Assembly: GCA_964646345.1 (NCBI GenBank)
Contig: CAZYDU010000001.1
Location: 12,583 to 76,582, forward strand
DNA length: 64,000 nucleotides
Origin: an uncultured Lachnospiraceae bacterium
Lineage (GTDB): Bacteria; Bacillota; Clostridia; Christensenellales; UBA1242
Direction of reading: 5' to 3'
Shown here: piece after piece, positions 19,275 to 30,532 of the stretch
Layout: each line of letters begins with the position of its first letter
Position numbering within the stretch: position 1 is the stretch's first letter
The notes under the pieces: model-generated
Seen by the model: the letters and a program-made list of their open reading frames with translations, nothing else
Told to the model about the DNA's origin: nothing
Database searches by the model: none
Made by a program: the position numbers and the translations under genes

Positions 19275-21605
19275 TTACACCCCCCTTAAAATAGTTTGAT
19301 AAAACTTTGAGCTAGTGATTTCTGCTTTTTTTACCTTTAATATTGTCATCTGATTTAGCGTTTCATCAAATTCAATAAAGTTTAGTTCCATGAATACGCA
19401 AATGCTAAACAAAATTTGAGCTGAGCTGAGGCTAGATGACTTAATTTTTAGTTTTCCGCATAAATCCAAAACATCGTTTGCCTTTAACCCACTAAAAGAA
19501 TTAATCAGCTTATAAATAGACGCAAAAATATTTCTATCGCCACTCAAATTTTCAGCAATAGTTTCAGTTTCTCTTGGTTCATAAACAGTTAAACTTTGCG
19601 AAAAATACAAATGTTCATTTTCAAAGTATTTATGCAAAAAGATTATGTTTTTATAACTTTGTACATCAGCTAAATTATAAACCTGTCTTGGATTTACCAC
19701 AACCACATTTTGTGAATTTTTATAAGGCTCATGATGCATAAATTTTTCAAGACCAAGTTCTTTAATTAGCTTAAAATCTTCATTATTTGAGCAAATAACA
19801 ACTGTTCCATAATCACTTTCAGCAAATTTTTGTTTGATTATAGTTTTCAAATCGTCTTCAATTTTATAGTTTTCTAGATTATTAAAATCAAAAACTGAAT
19901 AATACAAATTATAAATTGCTGACATAAAATCTTCAGTCTTGTCAGAAGAAAACAATGGATTTGTGATTTGCAAAGATTTTGCGTAACAGTTGCGTTGTTC
20001 TTTGCCTTTATAGTAATTTGTTACAAGGTCAACAAAGATTGTTTTTTGAAAATCAGACGAACATACCAACGCTTCTTTATAATAGTTAAAAGCAACTATT
20101 GAATTGTTTTTTTGAGTGAAAAGTTTATAGTGCTTAAATGCTTTTTCATTGATTGGTTGAACAATCATTTTTCCCTGATTTATCGCAAGTTTAGGTTTTT
20201 CGTTGCCTTCGCCAAAAGGTTCAAGCAAATCTAATTGCTTAGCGAAACTGCCGTCAAGGTCATCTTCTGATAGCTCAATATCCGCCTGTTTTTCATGTAT
20301 AATAAAATCTTCAGGATTTGATAAAGACAAGATTTTTTCATTCAAAAGATTTTTAAATTCATCAAAAAAATCTTCTTCAATTTCAAGCCCCACAGCCATT
20401 TTATGTCCACCAAAATTGACAAGTTTGTCAGCTAGGCAAGAAATAATTTTATGCAAATCTATTGCTTCAATACTTCTGCCACTACCCTTTAATGTTCCGT
20501 TCTCGGTTTTTGCAAAAATGATTGTTGGTTTATGAAATGATTGAACAATTCTAGATGCCACAATACCAACAGTTCCTTCATGAAAATCGCCTTTAAGCAA
20601 AATAGAAGGCTCATTGAAGTTATTATTTTGTAACAATTTATCGACAAGTTTATTACTTTTATCAATGGTCGCAAGTCTTAAATTATTATCACTTTCAATT
20701 TCTAAATATGTTTCTTCAAGTGCATGTCTTTCAGTTTGTATTAAAAAATTAAATACCTTTAAAGCATTGTCCATGCGTCCTGAACTGTTAAGACGTGGAA
20801 CAATTTTAAAGCTTATGTCAGTGGACGTCATTTTTTCAATTTCAAGTTTTTCTTTGATAAACTTAATACTTTCTAAACAATCCCCGCTATTGATTTTTTC
20901 TAAGCCAAATTTAGCAATTACTCTATTTTCGTCAATAAGCGGAACAATATCACCAACAGTCGCAATGGCAACAATATCGAGATATTTATTCGCAACGTCC
21001 CTACCGCTAATTGCTTCAACAAGTTTATAAGCCACACCAGCACCGCAAAGCCCGTCAAAACCATAATCCAAATTATCATATTTTGGGTCAATCAAAACGC
21101 AATCCGGAACTTCCGAAAGTGGCAAATGGTGGTCTGTTATAACAATATCAATACCTTCTTGTTTGATGATTTCAACTTCTTCAATCGCAGTTATACCAAG
21201 GTCAACTGTAACAATTAAATCAGGCTGATAATCTTCTAATATAATCTCTATTGTTTCAACAGAAATTCCGTATCCATTTTCAAATCTATTTGGTATAAAC
21301 ACATCAACATTTGCACCAAGCGACTTAAGATGCAAATAAAGGATAGTTGACGCACAAATCCCATCAGAATCATAATCGCCATAAACTAGGATTTTCTTAT
21401 TATCCTTTATTGACGTTTTGATTTTATCAACAGCGATATCAATATTTTTTAGTTTTTTCGCATCACGAAGAAGTTCTAGCGTTGGATTTATATAATTTTC
21501 CTTATCAAATTCTTTCCCAAACTTATTTTCTATAAACCTTTCAATTCTTTCATCTAATAATTTCATCATATCATTTTTCCAATTAATTTGTTTTGATTTT
21601 AACAC
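19275..21605 (-). CDS. recJ: single-stranded-DNA-specific exonuclease RecJ
   Basis: DHH motifs YGDYDSDGI, TVDLGI, ITDHH. 776 aa. Located downstream of the rel-like gene as in Bacillus. Confidence 0.9.
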   Translation of the reverse strand: MLKSKQINWKNDMMKLLDERIERFIENKFGKEFDKENYINPTLELLRDAKKLKNIDIAVDKIKTSIKDNKKILVYGDYDSDGICASTILYLHLKSLGANVDVFIPNRFENGYGISVETIEIILEDYQPDLIVTVDLGITAIEEVEIIKQEGIDIVITDHHLPLSEVPDCVLIDPKYDNLDYGFDGLCGAGVAYKLVEAISGRDVANKYLDIVAIATVGDIVPLIDENRVIAKFGLEKINSGDCLESIKFIKEKLEIEKMTSTDISFKIVPRLNSSGRMDNALKVFNFLIQTERHALEETYLEIESDNNLRLATIDKSNKLVDKLLQNNNFNEPSILLKGDFHEGTVGIVASRIVQSFHKPTIIFAKTENGTLKGSGRSIEAIDLHKIISCLADKLVNFGGHKMAVGLEIEEDFFDEFKNLLNEKILSLSNPEDFIIHEKQADIELSEDDLDGSFAKQLDLLEPFGEGNEKPKLAINQGKMIVQPINEKAFKHYKLFTQKNNSIVAFNYYKEALVCSSDFQKTIFVDLVTNYYKGKEQRNCYAKSLQITNPLFSSDKTEDFMSAIYNLYYSVFDFNNLENYKIEDDLKTIIKQKFAESDYGTVVICSNNEDFKLIKELGLEKFMHHEPYKNSQNVVVVNPRQVYNLADVQSYKNIIFLHKYFENEHLYFSQSLTVYEPRETETIAENLSGDRNIFASIYKLINSFSGLKANDVLDLCGKLKIKSSSLSSAQILFSICVFMELNFIEFDETLNQMTILKVKKAEITSSKFYQTILRGV

Positions 21606-21642
21606 CTATAAGCAAAAAATGCAATCTTATTTTCGGTAAAAT

Positions 21643-21670
21643 AAAAAACGGACACAAAATTCCGTTTTTT
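21643..21670 (-). terminator. rho-independent terminator after secF
   Basis: Stem AACGGA (21647-21652) / TCCGTT (21661-21666), with a T-run on the minus strand. Confidence 0.6.
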
Positions 21671-21675
21671 ATATG

Positions 21676-22680
21676 TTATTTATCTTGTTTTTTAGCCTTA
21701 GCAATTTTCTTTTTGATAACTTTATTAACTGTATCATTTCTGCTCAAAGTTGCTTCAAAATTAGCTTTAGCTATATCCATAAACGAACCGTAAACTGCTG
21801 GGCCAATGATTAAACATGTATAAGCTGATACAACAAGAGCAATCAAAATTGTTAATGATGAGAATAACACATTGTTAACTGGCACAAATACCATGAATAA
21901 GCTAAAAGCAACAACAGCTAAAGCCACAAAGAAATATGGTTTCACAGCCTGAACTTCAACACGAATAAGTCTTGAACTTGGTGTTTCTTTTTCAGCTAAA
22001 TGCATTTCACTTTCAATTTTATTCTTTTCAAATATACTAACTAGAACTGCTGTCATAACAAGAGTTAAAATAGAAATTCCAGCAAGAGAAACCAAACTTA
22101 ATGGAACTCTTGTTAAAATTATAAATGACAAGAACAAAATTAGATTATGAAGAATTGATAACAAGAATGATAGTCCCGCAAAAACATTATATCTAAATAG
22201 TCCAAACAGAAATAGGCAAACAGCAATGATTCCAACACCCAAACCAAACAATAAAATATCTTTTGATTTGATAGAACTAATAATATTTTCAATGCCAGAG
22301 ATATTATCAATGGAAACACCAAATTTTTCAGAAATTTGTGTTCTTATTGCAAGTTCAACATCATCTGAAATATTAGATTTATTTAAATTTACTAAAATTC
22401 TTCTTGTTGAATATTCGCCAGTTGCAATAACACTAGAATTATCTTCAACAGTGAATGAATCATATGAAACATCATTTTTTGAAAGGATATTCTTTATATC
22501 CTGAACTACTGTTTTTTGGTCTAAGGTGTCAGGAATAATAACTTCAAATTGGCTTCCACCACCAAGAGATGGGTTTAGTTTTATTCCGCAAAAAGCAAGA
22601 ACAAAAACCGAAGCAATAACAATAACGCAAGAAACAATCAAACTAATTAAAAGTGGATATTTTTTTGGTAATTTTTTCAT
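21676..22680 (-). CDS. secF: protein translocase subunit SecF
   Basis: 334 aa polytopic membrane protein directly after secD. SecF-like periplasmic loop plus 5 C-terminal TM helices. Confidence 0.85.
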   Translation of the reverse strand: MKKLPKKYPLLISLIVSCVIVIASVFVLAFCGIKLNPSLGGGSQFEVIIPDTLDQKTVVQDIKNILSKNDVSYDSFTVEDNSSVIATGEYSTRRILVNLNKSNISDDVELAIRTQISEKFGVSIDNISGIENIISSIKSKDILLFGLGVGIIAVCLFLFGLFRYNVFAGLSFLLSILHNLILFLSFIILTRVPLSLVSLAGISILTLVMTAVLVSIFEKNKIESEMHLAEKETPSSRLIRVEVQAVKPYFFVALAVVAFSLFMVFVPVNNVLFSSLTILIALVVSAYTCLIIGPAVYGSFMDIAKANFEATLSRNDTVNKVIKKKIAKAKKQDK

Positions 22681-22681
22681 A

Positions 22682-24091
22682 TTAGTTTTCCCCCTTTGCG
22701 TTTTGATTATCTAGCACAAGTTCATCAAGATTTTTACGTTTAGCTAGCAAGAATAATTTTCTATCAAAACCTTTAAACGAAATTCCAATTTTTACAAGGA
22801 ATGGAACAAGGCAAAGATTTGTAAACAAACTTAGTGCAGACATAACGGCAAAAGAAATTGCAACACTAGTTAATTCACTAAATGAAAGTGCCATCAAAAT
22901 AAGCGATGAAGCAAACAAAATAATATTTGTTATAACTTCGCCCAAAATTGATTTTTTGTAACTTGATTCAAGTGAAGCTTGGAGTGATTTACCTTGATTG
23001 TATTCTTGCTTTACAGTTTGAGCAAAACTATAAACATAAGAATATATTAGTGATGAACCGACCACGAGCGACAATATAACTGAAAGTCCAATTTCAAATG
23101 ATGGAACTAAACAAACAATAAACAAGAACAAGTAAATGTTAATAAGCATTGAAACCAATGCAACTATTACAAAGAATCCAAACTTGATTGCAAAAATTGC
23201 TAGCATCAAAACCAAAACAAAAATAAATGCTGACATTGTAACAACATAAGTTGTGCTTGAGTAAAATGAGTCATCTAAAGATGAACTTGAAGCTTCGCCA
23301 GCGGTTAAAGTTGCTGACATAGTGTTAACAGTTGCATTTGTGCCATCTAATTCAACTTTCGTGCAACCTAGTTGAATTTTTTGTTCTAATGCAATCATAT
23401 TTTCCCAATCTTCATTTGATAAAGTTAATTCTGAGTAACTTTGAACAGATGAATAAATTGTAATACCTTGAGAGTATGAGCCCAAAACAAGATAAAGTGT
23501 TCCACTTGAGCTTGTTCCAACAACCTTTTCACAAAGCTCTTGGTATTTTTTCTGACCTTCTTGGTTAAACTTAATTGTGATATATTTTTGGTCGTTGTTT
23601 GTTGAAACTGTTACTTTCTTGATATATTTTGAACCCTCAACTGTAATTGGGTCACTAGTGTCACTTGATGACGAAGAAGATGATGTTGGGTCAATATTTG
23701 AAAGTGAAAATGCACCTGCACCTACATTTTTAAGTTTTGAGTAAGACGTAGCAAAAGACTCATCTCCATTTGGAAATGAAAGTTCAATTCTAACTTTTTT
23801 GCTACCAACAGCATAAACATTTACATTTTTATAGCCATCTTCTTCAAAAACACCACGAATTAATGAAATTGTTTCGATAATATCACTTTCTGTTGGATTT
23901 TCTGTTGTAATGTCATATTCGCCATACAAACCACCCACCATATCAGTGGAAATATTGAGAGTTTTTGACAACGAATTAAATTTGCCACTTGAAAATTTAA
24001 TTGGAACAAAATTAAAAATTGCACCAACAACCAAAACAACAAACATTAAAACTGTCAAAACTATTGCTGTACTTTTGTTAAATTTCTTCAT
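22682..24091 (-). CDS. secD: protein translocase subunit SecD
   Basis: 469 aa with an N-terminal TM helix, a large extracytoplasmic domain and a C-terminal TM bundle. Forms a yajC/secD/secF cluster. Confidence 0.85.
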   Translation of the reverse strand: MKKFNKSTAIVLTVLMFVVLVVGAIFNFVPIKFSSGKFNSLSKTLNISTDMVGGLYGEYDITTENPTESDIIETISLIRGVFEEDGYKNVNVYAVGSKKVRIELSFPNGDESFATSYSKLKNVGAGAFSLSNIDPTSSSSSSSDTSDPITVEGSKYIKKVTVSTNNDQKYITIKFNQEGQKKYQELCEKVVGTSSSGTLYLVLGSYSQGITIYSSVQSYSELTLSNEDWENMIALEQKIQLGCTKVELDGTNATVNTMSATLTAGEASSSSLDDSFYSSTTYVVTMSAFIFVLVLMLAIFAIKFGFFVIVALVSMLINIYLFLFIVCLVPSFEIGLSVILSLVVGSSLIYSYVYSFAQTVKQEYNQGKSLQASLESSYKKSILGEVITNIILFASSLILMALSFSELTSVAISFAVMSALSLFTNLCLVPFLVKIGISFKGFDRKLFLLAKRKNLDELVLDNQNAKGEN

Positions 24092-24236
24092 TGCATAAAA
24101 GTCCTTATTCTAATAATCTCATACATTATAACCCAAACGCTTTGGTTTGGTCAACATATTATAAAAATTATTTTTCATTTTTGTAACTTTTATAACCAAT
24201 GTTTTTACCAATATTAGCCAATTTAATTAAAATTTG

Positions 24237-24623
24237 TCACTTATTGACCTTAATTATTCCAACAAGCCCACCAGCAAGACAAGCAAATACAACATCAAGT
24301 AAAAAAGATAAGTCCATTGCAAATGTTTTTGCTAAAAAGGAAAAGCTTAAAAAAGCCACAATAATATACAATAGTCCAAATCCAACTCCTTGCAATAGAC
24401 CTTTTGATTCTCCTTTAATCGCAATGCTACTTCCCACTAAAACACTGATTGTTTTTATTGCTAAATTTAACGGAGAAATATATTTCTCATCAAATGAAAA
24501 CCATTTTAAACAAAATGCTAAGAGAATAATTAATCCAAAAGAAATTAACATTGAAACAATCAACCCCTTAACGAAACGTATTATAAAATTATTACTTAAT
24601 CTATCTGATTTTGCAAAAGCCAT
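24237..24623 (-). CDS. small 4-TM membrane protein (YrzE/TIGR04086-like by shape and position)
   Basis: 128 aa hydrophobic ORF on the operon strand, between yajC and secD. The overlapping plus-strand ORF 24199..24663 is rejected. Confidence 0.55.
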   Translation of the reverse strand: MAFAKSDRLSNNFIIRFVKGLIVSMLISFGLIILLAFCLKWFSFDEKYISPLNLAIKTISVLVGSSIAIKGESKGLLQGVGFGLLYIIVAFLSFSFLAKTFAMDLSFLLDVVFACLAGGLVGIIKVNK

Positions 24624-24672
24624 GATTTTACTCCTGGTAAAGTGTATGTTCTTTTGCCATTGATTATGATAA

Positions 24673-24806
24673 ATTCGGATACCTTTTTAAAGAGATCTCT
24701 CCACGCAGTCGCTTCGCTCCTTTGGTCGAGATGACAAAGTAGACCCAGTGTCATTTCGAGCAGAGTGAAACGAAGTCGAGAAATCCCCCATCTCAAAGAC
24801 GTTACA
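24673..24806. repeat. dispersed palindromic-module repeat, locus 1 (B module then A module)
   Basis: B: GAGATCTCTCCACGCAGTCGCTTCGCTCCTTTGGTCGAGATGACA. A: GTGTCATTTCGAGCAGAGTGAAACGAAGTCGAGAAATCCCCCATCTCAAAGACGTTACA. The same modules recur at 26915, 37898 and 50888. Confidence 0.85.
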
Positions 24807-24830
24807 AACCTTTCCCAGTTTTTAGGCAAA

Positions 24831-24855
24831 TAAAAATCCGATATTTCTATCGGAC
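24831..24855 (-). terminator. rho-independent terminator after yajC
   Basis: Stem TCCGATA (24837-24843) / TATCGGA (24848-24854), with a T5 run on the minus strand. Confidence 0.6.
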
Positions 24856-24859
24856 TTAA

Positions 24860-25351
24860 TTATTTTTTACTTGTTTTTGTTGTTTTTTTTGTTGCAGTTT
24901 TTTTAGCAGTAGATTTTTTTGGCTTTTCTGTTTTTGTTTCTTCAGTTGCTTCTGCATTTACTTTTTCTTCAACTGGAGTTTCTTCAACCGCTTCTGCTTT
25001 AGCTTCAGATTCTTCTTTTGATTCTTCAACTTTGGTTGATTTCAAAACACAGTAGATTGAACTCATATCAAATTCCATATAAGATTTCTCAGATTTTGAA
25101 CCAGTTTCTAAAATAACAGTTTTTATTTCGCCTTTATCGGTAATTTTTGTTACCCTACCAATAATTCCGCCAGCAGTTTTAACCAAATCTCCAACTTTGA
25201 TACCTGAAAGCATATCCATGTATTGTTGATTTCTTTTTCTATTTGTAAAGTATGGCAAAATAAGCATTGCAACAACCATTACAATTAAAATAACATAAAT
25301 TACAATACTGCTTCCATTTGATGCTTCATCAGCACATAAAAAATTTAACAT
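24860..25351 (-). CDS. yajC: preprotein translocase subunit YajC with a long E/K-rich C-terminal tail
   Basis: TM helix plus the GDLVKTAGGIIGRV YajC core. About 60 extra charged residues at the C-terminus. Confidence 0.85.
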   Translation of the reverse strand: MLNFLCADEASNGSSIVIYVILIVMVVAMLILPYFTNRKRNQQYMDMLSGIKVGDLVKTAGGIIGRVTKITDKGEIKTVILETGSKSEKSYMEFDMSSIYCVLKSTKVEESKEESEAKAEAVEETPVEEKVNAEATEETKTEKPKKSTAKKTATKKTTKTSKK

Positions 25352-25449
25352 ATTACTTCTCCTTTAATGAACATAGTTTAGCAAAATTTCACATGTTTTG
25401 CAAGTCTTTTTAGCTTAAAAACAATGCTTCTATGTAACATTTTGACGAA

Positions 25450-26882
<1,433 letters not shown>

Positions 26883-26914
26883 AATCTTCTCCTTTTTGTA
26901 TATGATTATTAATA

Positions 26915-27106
26915 GTGTCATTTCGAGCGGAGCAAGGCGGAGTCGAGAAATCCCCCATCTCGAAGACGTAACACATTTCATACGGATAGTTCATGGGGCT
27001 CTCTCCACGCAGTCGCTTCGCTCATTTGGTCGAGATGACACAACACCCCAGTGCCATTTCGACTGGAGCGTTAGCGGAATGGAGAAATCCCCCATCTCGA
27101 AGATGC
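26915..27106. repeat. dispersed palindromic-module repeat, locus 2 (A - linker - inverted B - A')
   Basis: A is 26915-26972, linker CATTTCATACGGATAGTTCA, B runs to 27042, and a second A-like unit is 27051-27106. The ends GTGTCATTTCGAGC / GGTCGAGATGACAC are imperfect inverted repeats. Confidence 0.85.
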
Positions 27107-27113
27107 TTTCTAT

Positions 27114-28148
27114 TTAACAAAAGAAACAACAATCGCCAAAACTAAAAAATCTATACTTTTCTTTTACAGCTTCTTTGTAAATCTCAAGAGTTTTATCTTT
27201 GCCAATAAATGCCGAAACAAGCATAATCAACGTGCTTTCAGGTAAGTGAAAATTAGTAATTAATGCATCAACAAATTTCAACTTTACACCAGGATAAATG
27301 AAAATATTTGTTTCTTTTTGGCATTCATGCAAAACGCCATTGTCATCACTTGCAGACTCTAATGTTCTAACAGTTGTTGTGCCCACTGCAATAATTCTTT
27401 TACCATCTTGTTTTGCTTTGTTAAGTCTTTTAGCAACTTCTTTTGAAACAACAATTTCTTCGCTATGCATTTTATGATTTAATGCATTTTCTTCTGTTAC
27501 AGGTCTAAAAGTACCAAGCCCAACTTGCAAAGTTACTTCTTCAATTTGAACACCCTTTTCACGAATTTTCTGCATCAATTCTTCGGTAAAGTGCAAGCCA
27601 GCTGTTGGTGCTGCCGATGAGCCTTTAATTTTAGAGTAAATCGTTTGATATTCTTCATCGTCTTCAAGTTTTTCATGAATATATGGTGGAAGCGGAATAT
27701 TTCCGATTTTGTCAAGTTCTTCTTCAAGTGTTCCTTGTGAAACATGAAATCTAACAACTCTGCCACCAATTTCTTCTTGGTTTTCAATGGTTTCTAAATA
27801 TAAATTATCTGAAACAATAAGTTTAGTTCCAACTGGACATTTCTTTGCTGGTTTCATCAATACTTCGTAATCGGTTAAATTGAGTCTTTTTAACAAAAAT
27901 ACTTCAATTTTCGCACCAGTTACCTTACTTGCAAAAAGACGAGCTGGAATAACTCTTGTATTATTAACAACCAATACATCATTTGGTGTTAAATAATCTA
28001 AAATATCTCTAAAAATTTTATGCTCCAATTTATCTTCTTGTTTGTTGTAAACAAGCATTCTTGCACTATCTCTTGGAACTGCTGGAGTTTGTGCAATTAA
28101 TTCTTCCGGCAAGTCGTAATAAAAATCACTAGTTTTTAAAGTTTCCAT
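27114..28148 (-). CDS. queA: S-adenosylmethionine:tRNA ribosyltransferase-isomerase
   Basis: FYYDLPEELIAQTP, LPPYI, AAPTAGLHFT. Confidence 0.97.
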   Translation of the reverse strand: METLKTSDFYYDLPEELIAQTPAVPRDSARMLVYNKQEDKLEHKIFRDILDYLTPNDVLVVNNTRVIPARLFASKVTGAKIEVFLLKRLNLTDYEVLMKPAKKCPVGTKLIVSDNLYLETIENQEEIGGRVVRFHVSQGTLEEELDKIGNIPLPPYIHEKLEDDEEYQTIYSKIKGSSAAPTAGLHFTEELMQKIREKGVQIEEVTLQVGLGTFRPVTEENALNHKMHSEEIVVSKEVAKRLNKAKQDGKRIIAVGTTTVRTLESASDDNGVLHECQKETNIFIYPGVKLKFVDALITNFHLPESTLIMLVSAFIGKDKTLEIYKEAVKEKYRFFSFGDCCFFC

Positions 28149-28151
28149 AGT

Positions 28152-29201
28152 TTATCCTTTTAAAATATCTTCTATATTGTAACCTAAATGTTTGTAGGCA
28201 GGCTCAAGTGGAATACGTCCACGTGGGGTTCTTGCAATAAATCCAATTTGCATTAAATATGGCTCATAAACATCTTCAATAGTGTCAGGTTCTTCGCCAG
28301 TAACAGCCCCCAAAGTATCAAGACCAACAGGCTTGCCCTTAAAGTTTTCAATCATAGTCTTTAGCATTTTTCTATCCACACCATCAAGTCCTATCTCATC
28401 AATATCCATTTTTTCTAAAGCATGGTTTGTTACATCTTGATTGATTTTTCCGTCATTTAAAACATCGGCAAAATCACGCACACGTTTGAGTATTCGGTTT
28501 GCAATTCTTGGAGTTCCCCTGCATCTTGATGCTATTAACCCAGCTGAAATCTTGTCAATTTCCGCTCCTAAAATTTTTGCAGAACGTAGTACTATGGTTT
28601 CAAGCTCGTCATTTGTGTAAAGTTCAAGCTTACAAATAACACCAAACCTATCACGTAACGGACTTGAAATCATACCTGCTTTTGTGGTTGCCCCAACCAA
28701 AGTAAATGCTGGAAGTGGTATACGCATACTTCGTGCTGATGGTCCTTTGCCAATAACATAGTCAAGTGCATGGTCTTCCATAGCTGGATATAAAACTTCT
28801 TCGATTGAATGATTGAGTCTATGAATTTCATCAATAAACAAAATATCGCCTTCTGAAAGGTTTGTTAAAAGCGATGCTAGGTCTACTGGTTTTTCAATAG
28901 CTGGTCCTGAAGTCTGTTTAAAACCAGTGCCCATTTCGTTCGCAATAATAGCTGAAAGTGTGGTTTTGCCAAGTCCTGGTGGGCCGTATAATAAAACATG
29001 GTCAAGTGCTTCGCCACGTTTTTTTGCAGCCTTAATGTAAACAAGTAAATTTTCTTTCACTTGTTTTTGCCCCACATACTCATCAAATGTTTTTGGTCGC
29101 AAGATATTTTCAACCATGTCATCTTCATTTATTTTCGATGAACTAACAAAACGTTCTTCTTCCATTTCTTGTGGATTGAAACTGCTTTCAAAACTAGCCA
29201 T
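28152..29201 (-). CDS. ruvB: Holliday junction branch migration helicase RuvB
   Basis: GPPGLGKTT Walker [18 protein letters not shown]. Confidence 0.97.
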   Translation of the reverse strand: MASFESSFNPQEMEEERFVSSSKINEDDMVENILRPKTFDEYVGQKQVKENLLVYIKAAKKRGEALDHVLLYGPPGLGKTTLSAIIANEMGTGFKQTSGPAIEKPVDLASLLTNLSEGDILFIDEIHRLNHSIEEVLYPAMEDHALDYVIGKGPSARSMRIPLPAFTLVGATTKAGMISSPLRDRFGVICKLELYTNDELETIVLRSAKILGAEIDKISAGLIASRCRGTPRIANRILKRVRDFADVLNDGKINQDVTNHALEKMDIDEIGLDGVDRKMLKTMIENFKGKPVGLDTLGAVTGEEPDTIEDVYEPYLMQIGFIARTPRGRIPLEPAYKHLGYNIEDILKG

Positions 29202-29219
29202 ACATTCTCCTTTTTGTAA

Positions 29220-29831
29220 TTATTTATGTAAATTCTTTAAACATACAACAACAAGTTCTTCACTCTTCATTCCGCTTTCGTAGTTGTTTTTTACACTTTC
29301 GGTGGCGGTATTTTTCTGAACACCCATGTTAGTTAAAACATCATAAGCTTCTTGCATTTCTTTGTTTAATGCAGGAGTTCCAAGGTTTAGATTTGTATCA
29401 TTTGCAATCAAGTTTTCTAAGTTTGCTTCCCCGCCAAGCTTCCCATTAAGTTCCAAAACAATTCTTTCAGTTGTCTTTTTGCCAAGACCTTTTATGCTAG
29501 ACAAAAGTTTAACATCGCCTGAAATAATTGCTCTTATAATTTCATCAATAGGAAGCCCTGAAAGTATTGTTATTGCCATTTTTGGACCAACCCCCGAAAC
29601 CAATAAAAGGTCATTAAATAATAACTTTTCTTTTTTATCTAAAAATCCAAACAAACTCATTCCGTCATCTCTAACTTGCAAATATGTCAAAATGGTTTGT
29701 GGTTCAGCTGAACCTGAAAGTTTGTATGCCGTGTATGATGAACAAACAACTTCAAATGCAATAGCACCAGTATCAACAACAACCGTATTGTCATCAATCA
29801 TTGTAATTTTTCCAGTTAGTGAATAAATCAT
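29220..29831 (-). CDS. ruvA: Holliday junction DNA helicase RuvA
   Basis: MIYSLTGK start, HhH motifs VSGVGPKMA and IKGLGKKTTERI. Confidence 0.93.
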   Translation of the reverse strand: MIYSLTGKITMIDDNTVVVDTGAIAFEVVCSSYTAYKLSGSAEPQTILTYLQVRDDGMSLFGFLDKKEKLLFNDLLLVSGVGPKMAITILSGLPIDEIIRAIISGDVKLLSSIKGLGKKTTERIVLELNGKLGGEANLENLIANDTNLNLGTPALNKEMQEAYDVLTNMGVQKNTATESVKNNYESGMKSEELVVVCLKNLHK

Positions 29832-30391
29832 TATTTTAATTTCCTTTTTATAGTTTGATTAATATCATTTTTCATTAAGTTATTATTAGTCCAAACAGTT
29901 GCGTCACTATTTGTAAGTTTTGTATTGGTTTGAGCCAAAGTTAAAGCAACAGCCAAAGCGTCCGCAGCATCATCAGGCTTTGGAATGCTTTTTAATTTAA
30001 GTATAGTTTTTGTCATAAACTGAACCGATTTTTTATCAGCTTTGCCATCACCAGTAATCGAAAGTTTAATTTGCATTGGAGTAAATTCAAAAACATTTGG
30101 GACGGTTTTTATTGCCGTACACAAAATAACTCCCCTTGCTTCGGCAACCGCAATACCCGTTGTTATATTTTGATTAAAAAACAATTCTTCAACAGCTACT
30201 GCATCGGGCTGAAATTTTTCCATAAGCTCCTGCATTCCGTCTTGTATCATAGCAAGTCTCACTGGAAAATCTTCTTCTTTCGGTGTGTTTATCGCACCAA
30301 AATCCAAAACCCTGCAATTTCCCCTGTTATCCTTTTCAATTACGCCATAACCAACTATCGCATATCCTGGGTCAATACCTAATATTCTCAT
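29831..30391 (-). CDS. ruvC: crossover junction endodeoxyribonuclease RuvC
   Basis: MRILGIDPGY canonical N-terminus, EELFF, DAADALA. Start set at ATG 30391; the ORF-track TTG extension is rejected. The stop overlaps the ruvA start (TAATG). Confidence 0.92.
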   Translation of the reverse strand: MRILGIDPGYAIVGYGVIEKDNRGNCRVLDFGAINTPKEEDFPVRLAMIQDGMQELMEKFQPDAVAVEELFFNQNITTGIAVAEARGVILCTAIKTVPNVFEFTPMQIKLSITGDGKADKKSVQFMTKTILKLKSIPKPDDAADALAVALTLAQTNTKLTNSDATVWTNNNLMKNDINQTIKRKLK

Positions 30392-30487
30392 AATAATAAA
30401 ATAAACCAAATAAACATTAAAGTCAATAAATTTGCAATACGTGAAGAATTAAAGTAATTTAGACTACTTAAAAAAATAAAAAGACTA
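30384..30487. repeat. 104-bp direct repeat, ruvC-proximal copy
   Basis: Base-for-base identical to 32469-32572. Contains the first 8 nt of ruvC (ATGAGAAT on the minus strand) plus its upstream region. Confidence 0.95.
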
Positions 30488-30520
30488 GGCAAAATTGAAG
30501 TGCACCCCCAATGCCTAGTT
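30471..30520 (-). terminator. putative terminator after the radical SAM gene
   Basis: Stem ACTAGGCA (30484-30491) / TGCCTAGT (30512-30519) with a 20-nt loop, then a T-rich tract on the minus strand. The stem starts inside the repeat. Confidence 0.4.
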
Positions 30521-30532
30521 ATATTTAGTAAG

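Noticed and set aside
24199-24663. 154-aa plus-strand ORF overlapping the 128-aa minus-strand membrane protein
   Set aside because: The minus-strand ORF has clean TM-helix periodicity, an RBS and the operon orientation. The plus-strand product is low-complexity and would be the only plus-strand gene in 40 kb.
24596-24829. 77-aa minus-strand ORF (…RWGISRLRFTLLEMT…) in the yajC / yrzE-like spacer
   Set aside because: Its sequence is entirely the translation of repeat modules A and B. The same peptide strings appear wherever the repeat occurs, and there is no RBS. It is a repeat-derived spurious ORF.
26896-27117. 73-aa plus-strand ORF, and the N-terminal 33-aa extension of ORF 26574..26981
   Set aside because: Both are read-through of repeat locus 2 (VISSGARRSREIPHLED / SRWGISRLRLAPLEMT). 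The real MazG-like gene starts at the RBS-preceded ATG at 26882.
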